From: a virus | Taxonomy: Duplodnaviria; Caudoviricetes | DNA: 64,000 bases | IMG/VR virus record: IMGVR_UViG_3300005544_000001 | Coordinates: 14,392-78,391 of that record | Strand: one strand, 5' to 3' | Part shown: in pieces, positions 27,450 to 38,800 of the stretch | Position numbering within the stretch: the first letter of the stretch is position 1 | Layout of the letters: the number at the start of each line of letters is the position of its first letter | The notes under the pieces: generated by a model | Told to the model about the DNA's origin: nothing | What the model saw: only the letters and a program-made list of their open reading frames with translations | The model's database searches: none | Made by a program: the position numbers and the translations under genes

Positions 27450-28853
27450 ATGGCCGACTCCATACTTGACCTGACACGACAACCTTGGATCCCAGCCAAT
27501 GATCGTGGACTTGGCAGCACGGGCGGCTCGGTTCCCTGGTGGCTAACGCCTGTGCGCGGGCTCGGAAATTCTTCTCCGCTTCTGACTCCGTTCGCCATTC
27601 CGAGCGCGCCAAATCCAAATTCACTTTCTCCGCTTTCGCCAAGCGCAGGCACGACGGCCACCGGCTCATCGGTTGGTCCGTTCACGGCTGAAACGCTGGT
27701 CAAAAATCCGGAGCTGGCGAACATCTTAAAGAAGCTCTACGGCGACATCGGCAACATTTCGACCGACCCGAACGTCAATCAGACGGTGCTCCAGAAGAAC
27801 GTGAAGGACCCCGGGGTTGAGGCGGCCGGTCAGGCGGCACTCACCCAACAGCAGGCTGACGCTCACAACAATGCCCAATCGATCGCTGACTTTGCCAAGA
27901 GCTACATGGCTGCACAACCTGAAGCTCAGGCGCGCGCGGAACAGGAAGCGGCAAATATCGGCCGCGTACAGTCCGGCGCCCTCGCCGCGGACCTCGCCGC
28001 CAACCAACGGTCCAGCGACATCAACAGCACCCAGAATCTGATGCGCAGGCTGGGCGCTTTGGCTGGCACCCAGAATCTTGGCGATCTTTCCCGCGGCGGC
28101 GTGACGAACTCGAACGCCAACGCGAACATCCTTCAGGCTGCCGCGCAGGCTTCACTGGCGCGTGATGCAGCATCACTGGCTGGCCATCGCCAGAACCTGA
28201 TGGACGTGCAGAACCTTCAGATCGGAACGGCCGGTCTGCCACAGAGGATTCTGGACGCCGTGCTGCAGCGGCAACTGACCCCAATTCAGGCCGGCCAGGC
28301 ATCGAGCGCGGCGGACCTCAACAGGCTGCAAGCCATCTCCGGACTGCTCGCCGGCAACAGCGTGTTCACGCCGCAATCGCGCAGCGGCATGATTCAGCAG
28401 ATCCAGCAACTTCTCGGTGCCCAGGCGAACATCGATCCGTCGGCGTATTACCGGTTCGTGCGGGGCGATTTCCCGAATCAATATCCGGGGGCCGTGCGGC
28501 AACAGGACCTCAGTCTGCCGCCAATCTCAGGCGGCGGATACAGCGGGATGAACTTCCAGGACATCCTGGCCGCGCTCCAGGCTGGCGGCGGAGGTGCCGG
28601 CGCCTATGGGGTTCCCGGCGCTCAGCCGTTTATCAACGCGCCCGGAGATCTCACCCCGGCCATCCGGGCTCGAGCAGCGGCGCCGGCGCCGGTCCCGCGG
28701 TTGACGCCCGCGCCCAATCCGATGCGCGACGCGCTTTTCAACGATTACACGTCGGGCACAGGCAGCAGCAATAACGCCTCGGCGATCATGAACTGGCTTT
28801 ATCAGCTTTCGCCCGAGCAACTGGCGGGCGTGCCGGCGGGAGGGTTTGAGTAA
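27450..28853 (+). CDS. Putative internal virion/DNA ejection protein
   Basis: Ala/Gln/Gly-rich helical 467 aa directly before the giant protein. Confidence 0.55.
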   Translation: MADSILDLTRQPWIPANDRGLGSTGGSVPWWLTPVRGLGNSSPLLTPFAIPSAPNPNSLSPLSPSAGTTATGSSVGPFTAETLVKNPELANILKKLYGDIGNISTDPNVNQTVLQKNVKDPGVEAAGQAALTQQQADAHNNAQSIADFAKSYMAAQPEAQARAEQEAANIGRVQSGALAADLAANQRSSDINSTQNLMRRLGALAGTQNLGDLSRGGVTNSNANANILQAAAQASLARDAASLAGHRQNLMDVQNLQIGTAGLPQRILDAVLQRQLTPIQAGQASSAADLNRLQAISGLLAGNSVFTPQSRSGMIQQIQQLLGAQANIDPSAYYRFVRGDFPNQYPGAVRQQDLSLPPISGGGYSGMNFQDILAALQAGGGGAGAYGVPGAQPFINAPGDLTPAIRARAAAPAPVPRLTPAPNPMRDALFNDYTSGTGSSNNASAIMNWLYQLSPEQLAGVPAGGFE

Positions 28854-29884
28854 TGGCCATCGTTTACGCCGATTCGCCCGGGGCCGCATTCTCGCAGGCT
28901 GCAAATCTCGACCAGCAGCGCGTTCAGAATTATCTGAACAGCATCGCGGCGAATCGAAACGCGCAGTTGCAGGGCTGGCAGGCGGCCGAGCGGCAGGCTG
29001 CGGTCGCCCAGGAATTGCAGCAGCGCGAGCAGCAGCAAATGATGCAGCTCGCCCAGCAGGCTGCCCAAGCTCAGGAAAGGCAGCGTCAATTTGCCGAAAA
29101 CATGGGGTTATCCCGGGCCAATCTCGCCGAGATTACCAGGCACAACATTGCGAGCGAAGGAAAGCCGAACGCCAGCGAAGAGGCGCTGCAATTCAAAAAG
29201 CAGAAGGACGAACAAGCGCAGAACGAGCAGGCGGATTACGCGGCCAACGTGGCCGATTTGCTCAATCGCCATGCGGGACTACAGAAGTTGCTTGCACAGG
29301 TTCCGACGACACCGGAAGCGCGCGGCGCGGCCGTTGGTGGGGCCACCGGTGAAGGGTTCATGCCGAAGACCGAAAACAACCTGTTGCGGGCAGCGGCTTA
29401 TGTGGTGCCGTTCCTGCCCACGTTCAATCGCGCGCAGGACACCAAAGCCAGCAAGGAAGCTGAGGTCAAACAGAACATCGCGGCCACAGTTGCTGGATTG
29501 CCCGCGGACTTCAGCGGTGCCGATTCCATCGAGGATTACGCGAAGATCGCGGCGGCGGCCATCAACGCGCGTATCGCTCAGTTGCCGGAGAAACCGAAGG
29601 GAGATCTCGCTGGCCTCATTGGTGTCAACGATCAAGGCGTGCATGTCCCGCTGATTCAACGCCCGACGCCTGCCCCGCTGGAACTCACGCCCGCAGAACG
29701 GCCGGCCAATGAGTCCGTGAGCGCGCCGGCGGCGATTCCTGCCCCACCACCACCGATCGCGCAGCCATCGCTTCCTTACTTTCGCAATGACACAGAGATA
29801 AAGGCCGCCAGGATTCCGAGTGGAACGAGCATCATGCTTTGGGATCAATCGCAGAAGAGATACCGGCGCGCGGTGTGGGAGTAA
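28853..29884 (+). CDS. Putative internal virion/DNA ejection protein
   Basis: Gln/Ala-rich coiled-coil 343 aa. Confidence 0.55.
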   Translation: MAIVYADSPGAAFSQAANLDQQRVQNYLNSIAANRNAQLQGWQAAERQAAVAQELQQREQQQMMQLAQQAAQAQERQRQFAENMGLSRANLAEITRHNIASEGKPNASEEALQFKKQKDEQAQNEQADYAANVADLLNRHAGLQKLLAQVPTTPEARGAAVGGATGEGFMPKTENNLLRAAAYVVPFLPTFNRAQDTKASKEAEVKQNIAATVAGLPADFSGADSIEDYAKIAAAAINARIAQLPEKPKGDLAGLIGVNDQGVHVPLIQRPTPAPLELTPAERPANESVSAPAAIPAPPPPIAQPSLPYFRNDTEIKAARIPSGTSIMLWDQSQKRYRRAVWE

Positions 29885-29885
29885 C

Positions 29886-32800
29886 ATGCCAGCCGTTTTT
29901 GTTGATGAGGAACCGCAGGCCCATTTCGTAGACGACGCAGGGCCAGCGGAGGGTCGCGCCAAGTTCCTGGAAGATCTGCCGGCGCCGACACCTCCACCCA
30001 TTCCCGTCGAGCAGATAAGGACGATCCTTGAACCTGGCGTCACAGAGGGTAAAAGCGCCGAACAGGCCGACATTGAAAGGGCCAACAAAATTGGGGCCCC
30101 GCAGGTCGAGCTGAACAAACAGTCTGCGCCGTTCAATCTGCGCGAGCACCTTACGCTGGCCCGGGAGCGGCCGAGTGACAAACTCCAGTACTGGGCGCAA
30201 CGGATCCCGTGGAGCCCCGCGGGTATCATTCAGCCATTGGAGGTGAAATCAGCGGCGGACCGTATTCAGGCCGGGATCGGAGAACCGAAGGATTTTGAGA
30301 AGCTGTCCGACTTCATTGTCTCGGCGGAGAGACAGCAGAACGCGGGAGTGATTAGCAAGGCCGTTGACATCGCCACTGCGCTGCCCGCTTTCGCTGCGGA
30401 ATTTTCAGCCACAGGCGGAGCGTTCACGGGGACCCGCGCGGCCGCACAAAGGGCAGGTCTTGCCGCCCTGGAAGAGTCCGCGAAAGCCGTTGCCGGAAAG
30501 GCCGCGCGCTACGTGGCAACGAAAGCTGCCGAGGCACCTGCATTTATTGCCGGTGCGGCTGCGCAAACTCTCGCCAACCCGAAGCTCATTGCTGAGAACT
30601 TTGTCCAGAACGAGCTGAATCGCGTGAAGTTTAAGGAAGGCGATCAGGGCCAGATTGAGACGATCATAAAGGACGACGACGTCGGCTTTGCCGGGAACCT
30701 GCGTAACTCTTTCCTGAAGGCCGGCTTTGACATCGGCACAGAATACGCGGGCGAACTCCTTCACCCACTCAAGGCGGCCATCGCTGCGCGGTGGATGAAT
30801 GCGGTGCCAGGGCGAACGCCTGGAGCACTTCAGAAGGCGCTTGATGCTAGCGGATGGCACGGGGTGCTGGGCGAAATGTTTGAGGAACGGTTGAACGAGT
30901 TTGCGGCACCGCTCTACGGCGAGAATTATCAACCACCAAGCCCTCAGCAGCTCATGGCTGAGGCGCTGGCTTTCAGCGTGCCAGGCACTGCTGAACGGCT
31001 TTTATCTGGCCGCGGGCCAGCTATCGAGAAAGGTAAACAAAATGCCACTACGCAAAGGCCCGAACAGCCACGGACACAACGTGGAGAAACTGATGCAGGA
31101 ATACAACCAGTCGGGGAAAATCGGGTCAACGCACCCGTCGAGCAGCCACCACGCACTCCGGATAGCGAACGCAATCGCGTACCGCCTGGAGAAGTCGCCC
31201 CGCAAGTCGAAACTCGGCCGGGGGCGCCGGTAACGACGAAGGCGCCGTTGGCTGTTCGCATCCTGACGGCTCGAGGTGTAGCGCCGGACGTCGCTGAATT
31301 TGTGGCCGCGCGCGCAGGCGACAAGCCTGCCAACGAGACGGCGGAGGATTACCGGACGCGCGTCAACGGGCTGCATGACGAGTTTGGATTCAAGGTCCCG
31401 ACCGAGGTAAACCCGGCCAGCAGCGAGGCGAGTCTCCGGGCGGCTGCTGCGGCCGAAGGATTCACCGAGGAACAGATCCAGAACACGCTCGCGAAAGCGA
31501 AGGCTGCCGATACCGCCGTTCACGCGGCGAACACGGCGCTTATCGGTCGGATTCAGGCGGCGCGACAGCCAGCGACAGTCACGCCTGAACCACCAAAGCC
31601 CCAGCGCGTGGACGTCCCTGGCGTCGGCGCCGTGAACATTCAATATCCGGCTGGTTCTGTCCGTTCCGGGGAGGACAAGGCCGGAGACAAGTGGCAGGTC
31701 ACGATGCCCGCGCACTACGGCGACATCGTTGGCACGAAGGGCAAGGACAAAGATCGCATCGACATCTATGTCGGGCCGAACGCCCAGGCGCCGGGACCGG
31801 TTTACGTCGTCAACCAGTACAATCCGGAAACTGGAAAGTTCGATGAGCACAAGGTGATGGCTGGCTTTCCGTCGTTGCCAGATGCCACGGCCGCCTACGA
31901 CGCGGCGTTTTCTGACGGGTCTGGACCTGCACGAAGGCAGTCCGTTCAGACATTCTCGCCGGAACAATTCCAGACGTGGCTGAAGGAAGGTGATCATTCG
32001 AAGCCGGCCGGCGGCGAGAGGATCGATTTGCAGCCGCCCCCGAAGCTCGTAACTAAGCCGGTCGCTCCTGCAACGAAACCACCAGTTCCTGAGACGAAAG
32101 CACCAATTCCTGCAACGATCCCTCCTGTTGGTGCAACAAAACCGCCTGTTGGTGAGACGCAAGCCCCGAAATCTGTAACGGGTGAGACACAACCGATTTC
32201 ACCGCCAGCCGCTCCACCGGCCGGTGCTCCACCCGTTGTGGATGTTACTGCCAAACCTAGCGCGACTCGGGCGCCGGAAGCGGCGGCGGTGACTCAGGCA
32301 AAGCTCGACGACATACGGAAGCGTCGCGAGGCGATTCAGGCAAAGTTGAGGAAGAAGCTGGGTCAGACCAACATCAGCGTTGATCCAGAGATCGCGACGC
32401 TCGTCGCTGAGCTGGCGGTCAACTACACCGAGGAGGGCGTCGTTCGTTTCGCCGATTTCGCGCGCCGGGTTAAGGAAGAGCTTCCGGACATCTGGGAGCG
32501 ACTCAAGCACTACCTGGGCGGCGCGTGGCGCACGGCGGGCGAGCAGAACATGGAATTGGACGAGGTAACCCGCGAGCAGGGCAAGGCTGCGATTCAGGCC
32601 CTCGAGGCTGAGACACCCCTCCCAAAAGAGGAAGGGGTCAAATCGCCAGAAGTCCAGCCCACCAAAAAGGAGGGCGAGGAGAATACCGAAGTCGGCATCA
32701 TCCAAGACGCGCATCGCGTTGCACAGAACGCTACCGATCCGCTACGGGCGTACCGCGAACTGGTGCGGCTTTACAGCGAGCAGCCCCGACTTGGCACCCG

Positions 32801-35800
32801 CACGGTCACGAGCAAGACCAATCAGGCTTACTCGACGCCCCCTCCGCTTGCCTACCTCGCCGGCCGACTGGCGGACTTGCGGAACGGAAAAGTAATCGCA
32901 GAGCCAACGGCAGGAAACGGGATGCTGCTGATTGAGACCAATCCTACGGCCAGGTTGCTTGCGAACGAACTTGACGCTGATCGGGCTGATCGGCTGCGCA
33001 AGAGCTTTCCGCGTGCAGACATCAGCCAGATGGACGCGTCCACCGAGGACTTCCACAACTACTTAGATGGATGGTCGCCAGACCGGGTGATCGCCAACCC
33101 GCCTTTTGGCGGCGTCATCGAGGAAGGAACCTCTCAGACAAAACGGTTCCCGATCATCAATGCCTCGACGAAGAAAGGCGAGACGCCAAGCATCGATCTG
33201 GCCATTGCCCTCAATTCTCTCGATGCAATGACGCAGGATGGCAAGGCAGTAATCATCATCGGCTCAAAGACCGGCAGCATGGCCGCTAACTTCGGCAGCG
33301 ATGCCGCCCGTGCCCAGGCTTACCGCAGGCCCGAGATGCTGGAATTTTTCCGTCGATTCAACGTCAAAGACTGGTTCACGGTCAGCGGGGATCTCTACAA
33401 GAAGATGGGCGCCGGTTGGCCTGTGGATGTTATTGTGATCGACGGAAAGACGCCCACGCCGTTGCCATCAGAAGGCGGGCTGCAACGTCCGTGGATTACG
33501 CCGCCGCCAGTTTTCAACTCGTGGCATGACCTGGAAGGGAAATTAAATGATGCTCAATTACAACCAACAAGAGAGCCTAGCCCGACGCCTGGCGGAAGCA
33601 GTGGTGCTGAAAGTGCTGGCGCAGGCCAGGGAGGACCCGCAGTCCGCCCTGGGGGAACTCAAAGCCCTCGTCCACCACTTGGAAACGAACCCACCGTTCC
33701 TGCGCCTGGACGACCTCAAGAGCCGACACGCCCTGGAATCCCAACTGGTAGGCCTGCCGTCGTTCCAGAGAGCCGTCCAGAACTTCCAACAGGAGGCGGT
33801 GGACTGGGACAAGCTTCCGCCGAAGGATCCGCTGAAATTAACCCGGGCATGGCGCGTTTGGTCGAGGGAAAGGTTGTTCTAAACGTCCCGTATCGATCGG
33901 TGTCGAAGAACGCCGATCCGAAATTGGTCGTGCCGGCGAACATAGCGGACTCCATGCAGCGTGCTGTGCGCCAGTTGGAAATCGACGTTGGCAAGCCGGT
34001 AGATGAATACCTCGCCGAGAAGATGAAGTGGACGCGCGAGGAACTATTTAAGCGATTATCCAGCGCACAGATCGAGGCGGTTGCGCTGTTCGTTCGGAAC
34101 TCTGAAAACCGCGGCACTGGATTGATCAACTCCGACCAGACAGGTGTAGGTAAAGGCCGAACGGTCGCAAGCGTGATGGACTACGCTCCGAAGGTCGGAA
34201 AGATTCCGATCTTCATCACCCAGGGAAAACATCTCTACACGGACATGGCGGGGCGCGACCTTCCAAGCATTGGGAACAAGAAGTTTAGACCATTTATCAC
34301 CGACTCTGATTACGAGTACGAGAACGGAGAGGGCACCAGTATTTCAGACAAGCCCGGCGCAGCAGCGCAACGTGAAGCCATGGAAGAGATCGCGCGCACC
34401 GGAAAGCTCCCGCCCGGCGTTCATGGCATATTCACGACCTACTACCAGTTGCAGGCGGACAAGCCACAGGGTTACAGCGAAACCCCGCAGGCGCGCGCAC
34501 GGCGCAAACGCAGGCTGACAGCCCGTCCTGACGGTCCCAGGTTGGCCATGCTGCGCGCGCTGGCTCCGAACGCGATCTTCGTGTTGGACGAGGCGCACCA
34601 AGCTGCGGGCATCGACTCGGACGTTGGTCTCTCGTTGCAATCCATCCTGCCGAATGCCGCCGGGGTCTATTACTCATCGGCGACATTCGCAAAGCGACCA
34701 GACAACCTGACTCTGTACGCAATCGGCACCGCTCTTCGGCTTGCTGGTTTGAGCCGCACTGAGATGACCGAGTTGTTCAAGAGCGGCGGTGTCCCGATGC
34801 AGCAGGCCTTGACATCGATGCTTGCCGAGGAAGGCGAATTCGTTCGCCGCGAACAGGATATGTCGGGCGTGAAATTCGACTTCACGCCAGTCAGCTCTTC
34901 GCCCGAGGAAGAGGCGCAATCTGCGGACACTTACACCAGTTTCCTGCGCGACCTGCACGACATCGCAGATCAGGTCAACGCCGCTGCTGCCGGTTTCGTC
35001 GATGACGTCAACCAGACGCGCCCGGACGAGGCGCAGGTTGATCTGTCCGGCGTAAACTTCGGTTCACGACTGTTCAACTTGTCGAACCAGTACCTGTTCA
35101 GCCTTCGGTCGGATGCCACGGCAAACGAGGCGATTGCCGCACTGAAACGCGGACAGAAACCGTTCGTCGCAGTGTTCAATACAATGGCCGGTCCGATAGC
35201 CAACCTGCACGAAATGGGTTTGCCTTTGGATTTCGGCGGTTTGTTGCGCCGGGAGATGGCGAAAATGCTGGAAGTCACAATTCGAGATCCGCTCGAAGAC
35301 TCCGGAAAGCGCGTCGTCATCCTGAAACCAGAAGACCTTCCAGACGGCGGAGCCAAGTACCGTCAAATCGAAGAGCAGATCAAGGCGACCGACTTCGGGT
35401 CCATGCCTATCTCTCCAATTGATGCGATCAAAAAGAAGATTCAGCAGGCAGGATATTCCATCGGCGAAATCACCGCGCGCGACGGTGAACTCACCGAAGA
35501 AGGCGGTGTCGTCAAAATTAGCAAGCGCGACCGCAGCACGCGCAACAGGATACTGCACGAGTACAACAATGCCGACGTAAAAGGCGGAAAGGCTGTCACT
35601 GGGCTGGATGCGCTAATTGTCAATGGCTCCGGAAGCACCGGGCTTTCCGCCCATACCGATCCAAAGTTCAGGGATCAGCGGCAGCGGTACATGATCGTCG
35701 CCCAGGCAGCACCCGACATCAACGTGTTCATGCAGATGATCGGTCGCGTAATGAGGTTCGGACAAACGAGCCTGCCGGCCTATAAGGTGCTGATGACGAA

Positions 35801-38800
35801 CCTCGCTGCAGAGAAACGGTTTATGACCATGCTTCGGGGCAAGCTCACGAGCCTGAATGCAAACACGTCCGCAGAGACAGAGAGCGGGATCACACAGGGC
35901 GGCTTGGCCGACGATGTGTTCAATGCAATCGGCGATGAGGTTGTCGGCGAGGTCATGTTGGCACACCCAGACTTGGCGCAGTTGGCGCGCATCCCGTTGC
36001 CGAACCCGATGGAAGCTGACAGTTTCGAGAACTTCGCGCGTTACGCGACCGGTAGATTCGTCCTCCTTCCGAATGACGATGCGGCTCGGTTGTGGCGGGA
36101 CATCTCAGAGATTTACGACGCCCGCATCCGCGCGCTAGACGAGGCAGGCGAAAACCCATTGAAAGCCAACGTGCAGGATCTGCGCGCGAAAACGACCGGT
36201 ATCGCGGAAATAGTTCCCGGCACTGGAAGCACCGCCTTCGACGGTCCAGTGAAGCTTGAGCGCATCGACATCAAGCCCGCAAAGAAGCCCTACACCCACG
36301 AGCAAGCTGTAGCCGAGTCAGAGAAGAACTCTGACGAGAACGAGAAGGCCGCAGAGGAATGGTTTGCCAAGCAAGCAACGGCCATGCGCGAGCGCATCGA
36401 AACGATGGAAAAGCGCGAAGCCAAACAGGAACAGATTGATCGCACTCGGCAGACATTGCAGGCCGTGTACGAGACGGTCACTGCGGCAAGTCGCCTGCTT
36501 GGCCAAACGGTCGGCGTGGATCCTGGAGGTACCGGGCACCCTCTGTTCTATGCAGTCCCAATCGCGCTCGAACTCAAATCTCGTGACCAAAGCGATTTTA
36601 GCTCGAACTCGAAGCACACGCTCAAGCTGGCGACAAACACGCTTCGGCGCACGATTCACCTACCCCTCTCGCAACTGAACAGCCTAAAGCTGGTCGAGGA
36701 ATCCGATCCTGCCGAACAGTTCGACAACAACAGCGAAAGTACGAGCACGCGCTACGTCGCCACCGGCAATCTGCTGAAAGGCTATGCCGCAGCAAAGGGG
36801 ATGTCGGCCCACATTACCAAGCCCGCGGTAACGATGTATTCCACTCGCCGCGGGGCGCTCAAGACGGGCGTGTTGCTCGGAGCCGCTTTTAATCCGAGTA
36901 CCGGCGTTGCTGGTGGACGCGCAGCGGTGAATAAGCCTGACGACTTCGCGACGCTGATGGATCGGCGGACGCCGATGGCCGCCGGTCCCGTTGAAATCAC
37001 CGGGACCATCGTCACCGTCCCGTCAGGCACCTCAACCAGGAACATTTGGGGCGACCGGACTTTTCAGAATTTCTTTCAGCAGAGTCCAGTTGAGCGAGCA
37101 GGCCAGTTTCGAGGCGTCATGGATCGTCGTATGGCCTTCGACTTCTTTCGCTACCTCGCGAGCAAGGGGTTGTCTATTGTCGAGAAACAGAGCGAGGGCA
37201 CCACTCGGGCGATCGAGTTTGCTGAGCCGCCGCCTGAAACCACGGCATCCGACGTCGCAAACAAGATCGCCGACGCCTTGGGGAATCTGAAGTCCGGCCA
37301 AGAACCAGGCCAACTTCACCTTTTCGGCGTCATTCCCGCCGTCTGGGACAAGGCGATCGAGATTGCCCAGGGCATCATCCGCGCCGGCGGCAAGGTGGCT
37401 GATGCGGTGGCAAAGGCCATCGAATACATCCGGGCAAACCACAAAGGCGACTGGGACGAGGCAGGCGCGCGCGGAGCGCTGGAGTCTGCGAGTCAGGGCA
37501 AGCCGGCCACGGAGGAAGGTCTTACTGAGCCAGCCGAAGGCGAACAACCGCCCGTCGTGGACGATCACTGGGTCCCGACGCAGGTCAAAGGCATGACGTG
37601 GTACGTGCGCGACCGGGACAAACTCTCCCCGGAGAGCACCGCGCGCTCAATCGATGCCGCGGAGGCTGCTTTCACGCAGGCTGGGCTCAAGTCCGAGCGC
37701 CGGACCATGTTCGACACGGGAGATAGCCAGACCAAAAGCATCCTGTTCATTCCGGAGACGGAGAATGCCGACGAGAAGGGGCGCAAACTGGCCGAGGTGC
37801 TCGAGCGCGAGATTGCGACCCAGCGGGAGGCCGGCAAGGGCGCCGACCACGTCTCGACCCTCATCAATTCCGTGCGGGAGGGCTTCGACCAGCCCGGATC
37901 CGCCTTCCGCCAGATGAGTCAGCAGGTCCGGAACCGACTGTTTGCGCTCGCCCAGGAGGAAGCGAGCTGGCGCGGCCGTGCCCTGCGTGCGCTGGCCAAC
38001 TCCAAAGCCGACATTATCCGCATCGCGCGCAATGTCGACGTCTACCTGCAGCGCATCTATTCGACGGCTTTTGCTGACAAGGCACCGGGCGCCCCCGCGG
38101 GCGCCAGCGACATCGCTGATGACCTGCGGGCGTCATTGCGCGAGGTCCTGACCGACGAGGAAATTGACCGACTGCCGGAACTCATCGCGGATCCAGCGCA
38201 GCGCGAGCGCATCAAGGCCGCGCTCAAAAAGGCGCTGGAAAAGGTGGCACCGAAAGGCGCTAAACGTTTTGGCCGCAGGAACTGGCGCACGATCGAATCT
38301 CTAATCCAGGGCGGCATCCTTGATGACACCGAATGGTTCAAGGAACTGGCGCGCAAACGGGGCTGGAAGGTCCCGACTGACGCCGAGATCGAACAGATGC
38401 GCAAGCTGGCCGACGAGGAGCAGGCGCTTCGAAAACCGACCGACGCCGAGCTGGCCAAGGTCGGAGAGGACCCGAAGGCGCGCGAACGGCTGTTGGCCGA
38501 CATCGAGGCGGCCACCAGGGAGACGCGGTTCAAGCTGCAGAAGCGCCTAGCGGTGATGTGGAGCGAGATGACGAAACCGGTTTCTCTACGGGACTATTGG
38601 GCGCAAAGGCAGAATAACGCCCGGTTCCTGAACGAGCTGATGACGGCCAACCTGCTGTTCCGGGCGTCGTTCGTCAGCAAGCAGGCTATCGACGTGGCGA
38701 CACAGTGGTTCTGGAGGATGCCCATGCGCGCCGTCGCACAGGCATTGACCCTGCGTAAGAACGATTTGGCCGCTGGCAAGCAGGTTCGATTCTGGGATGA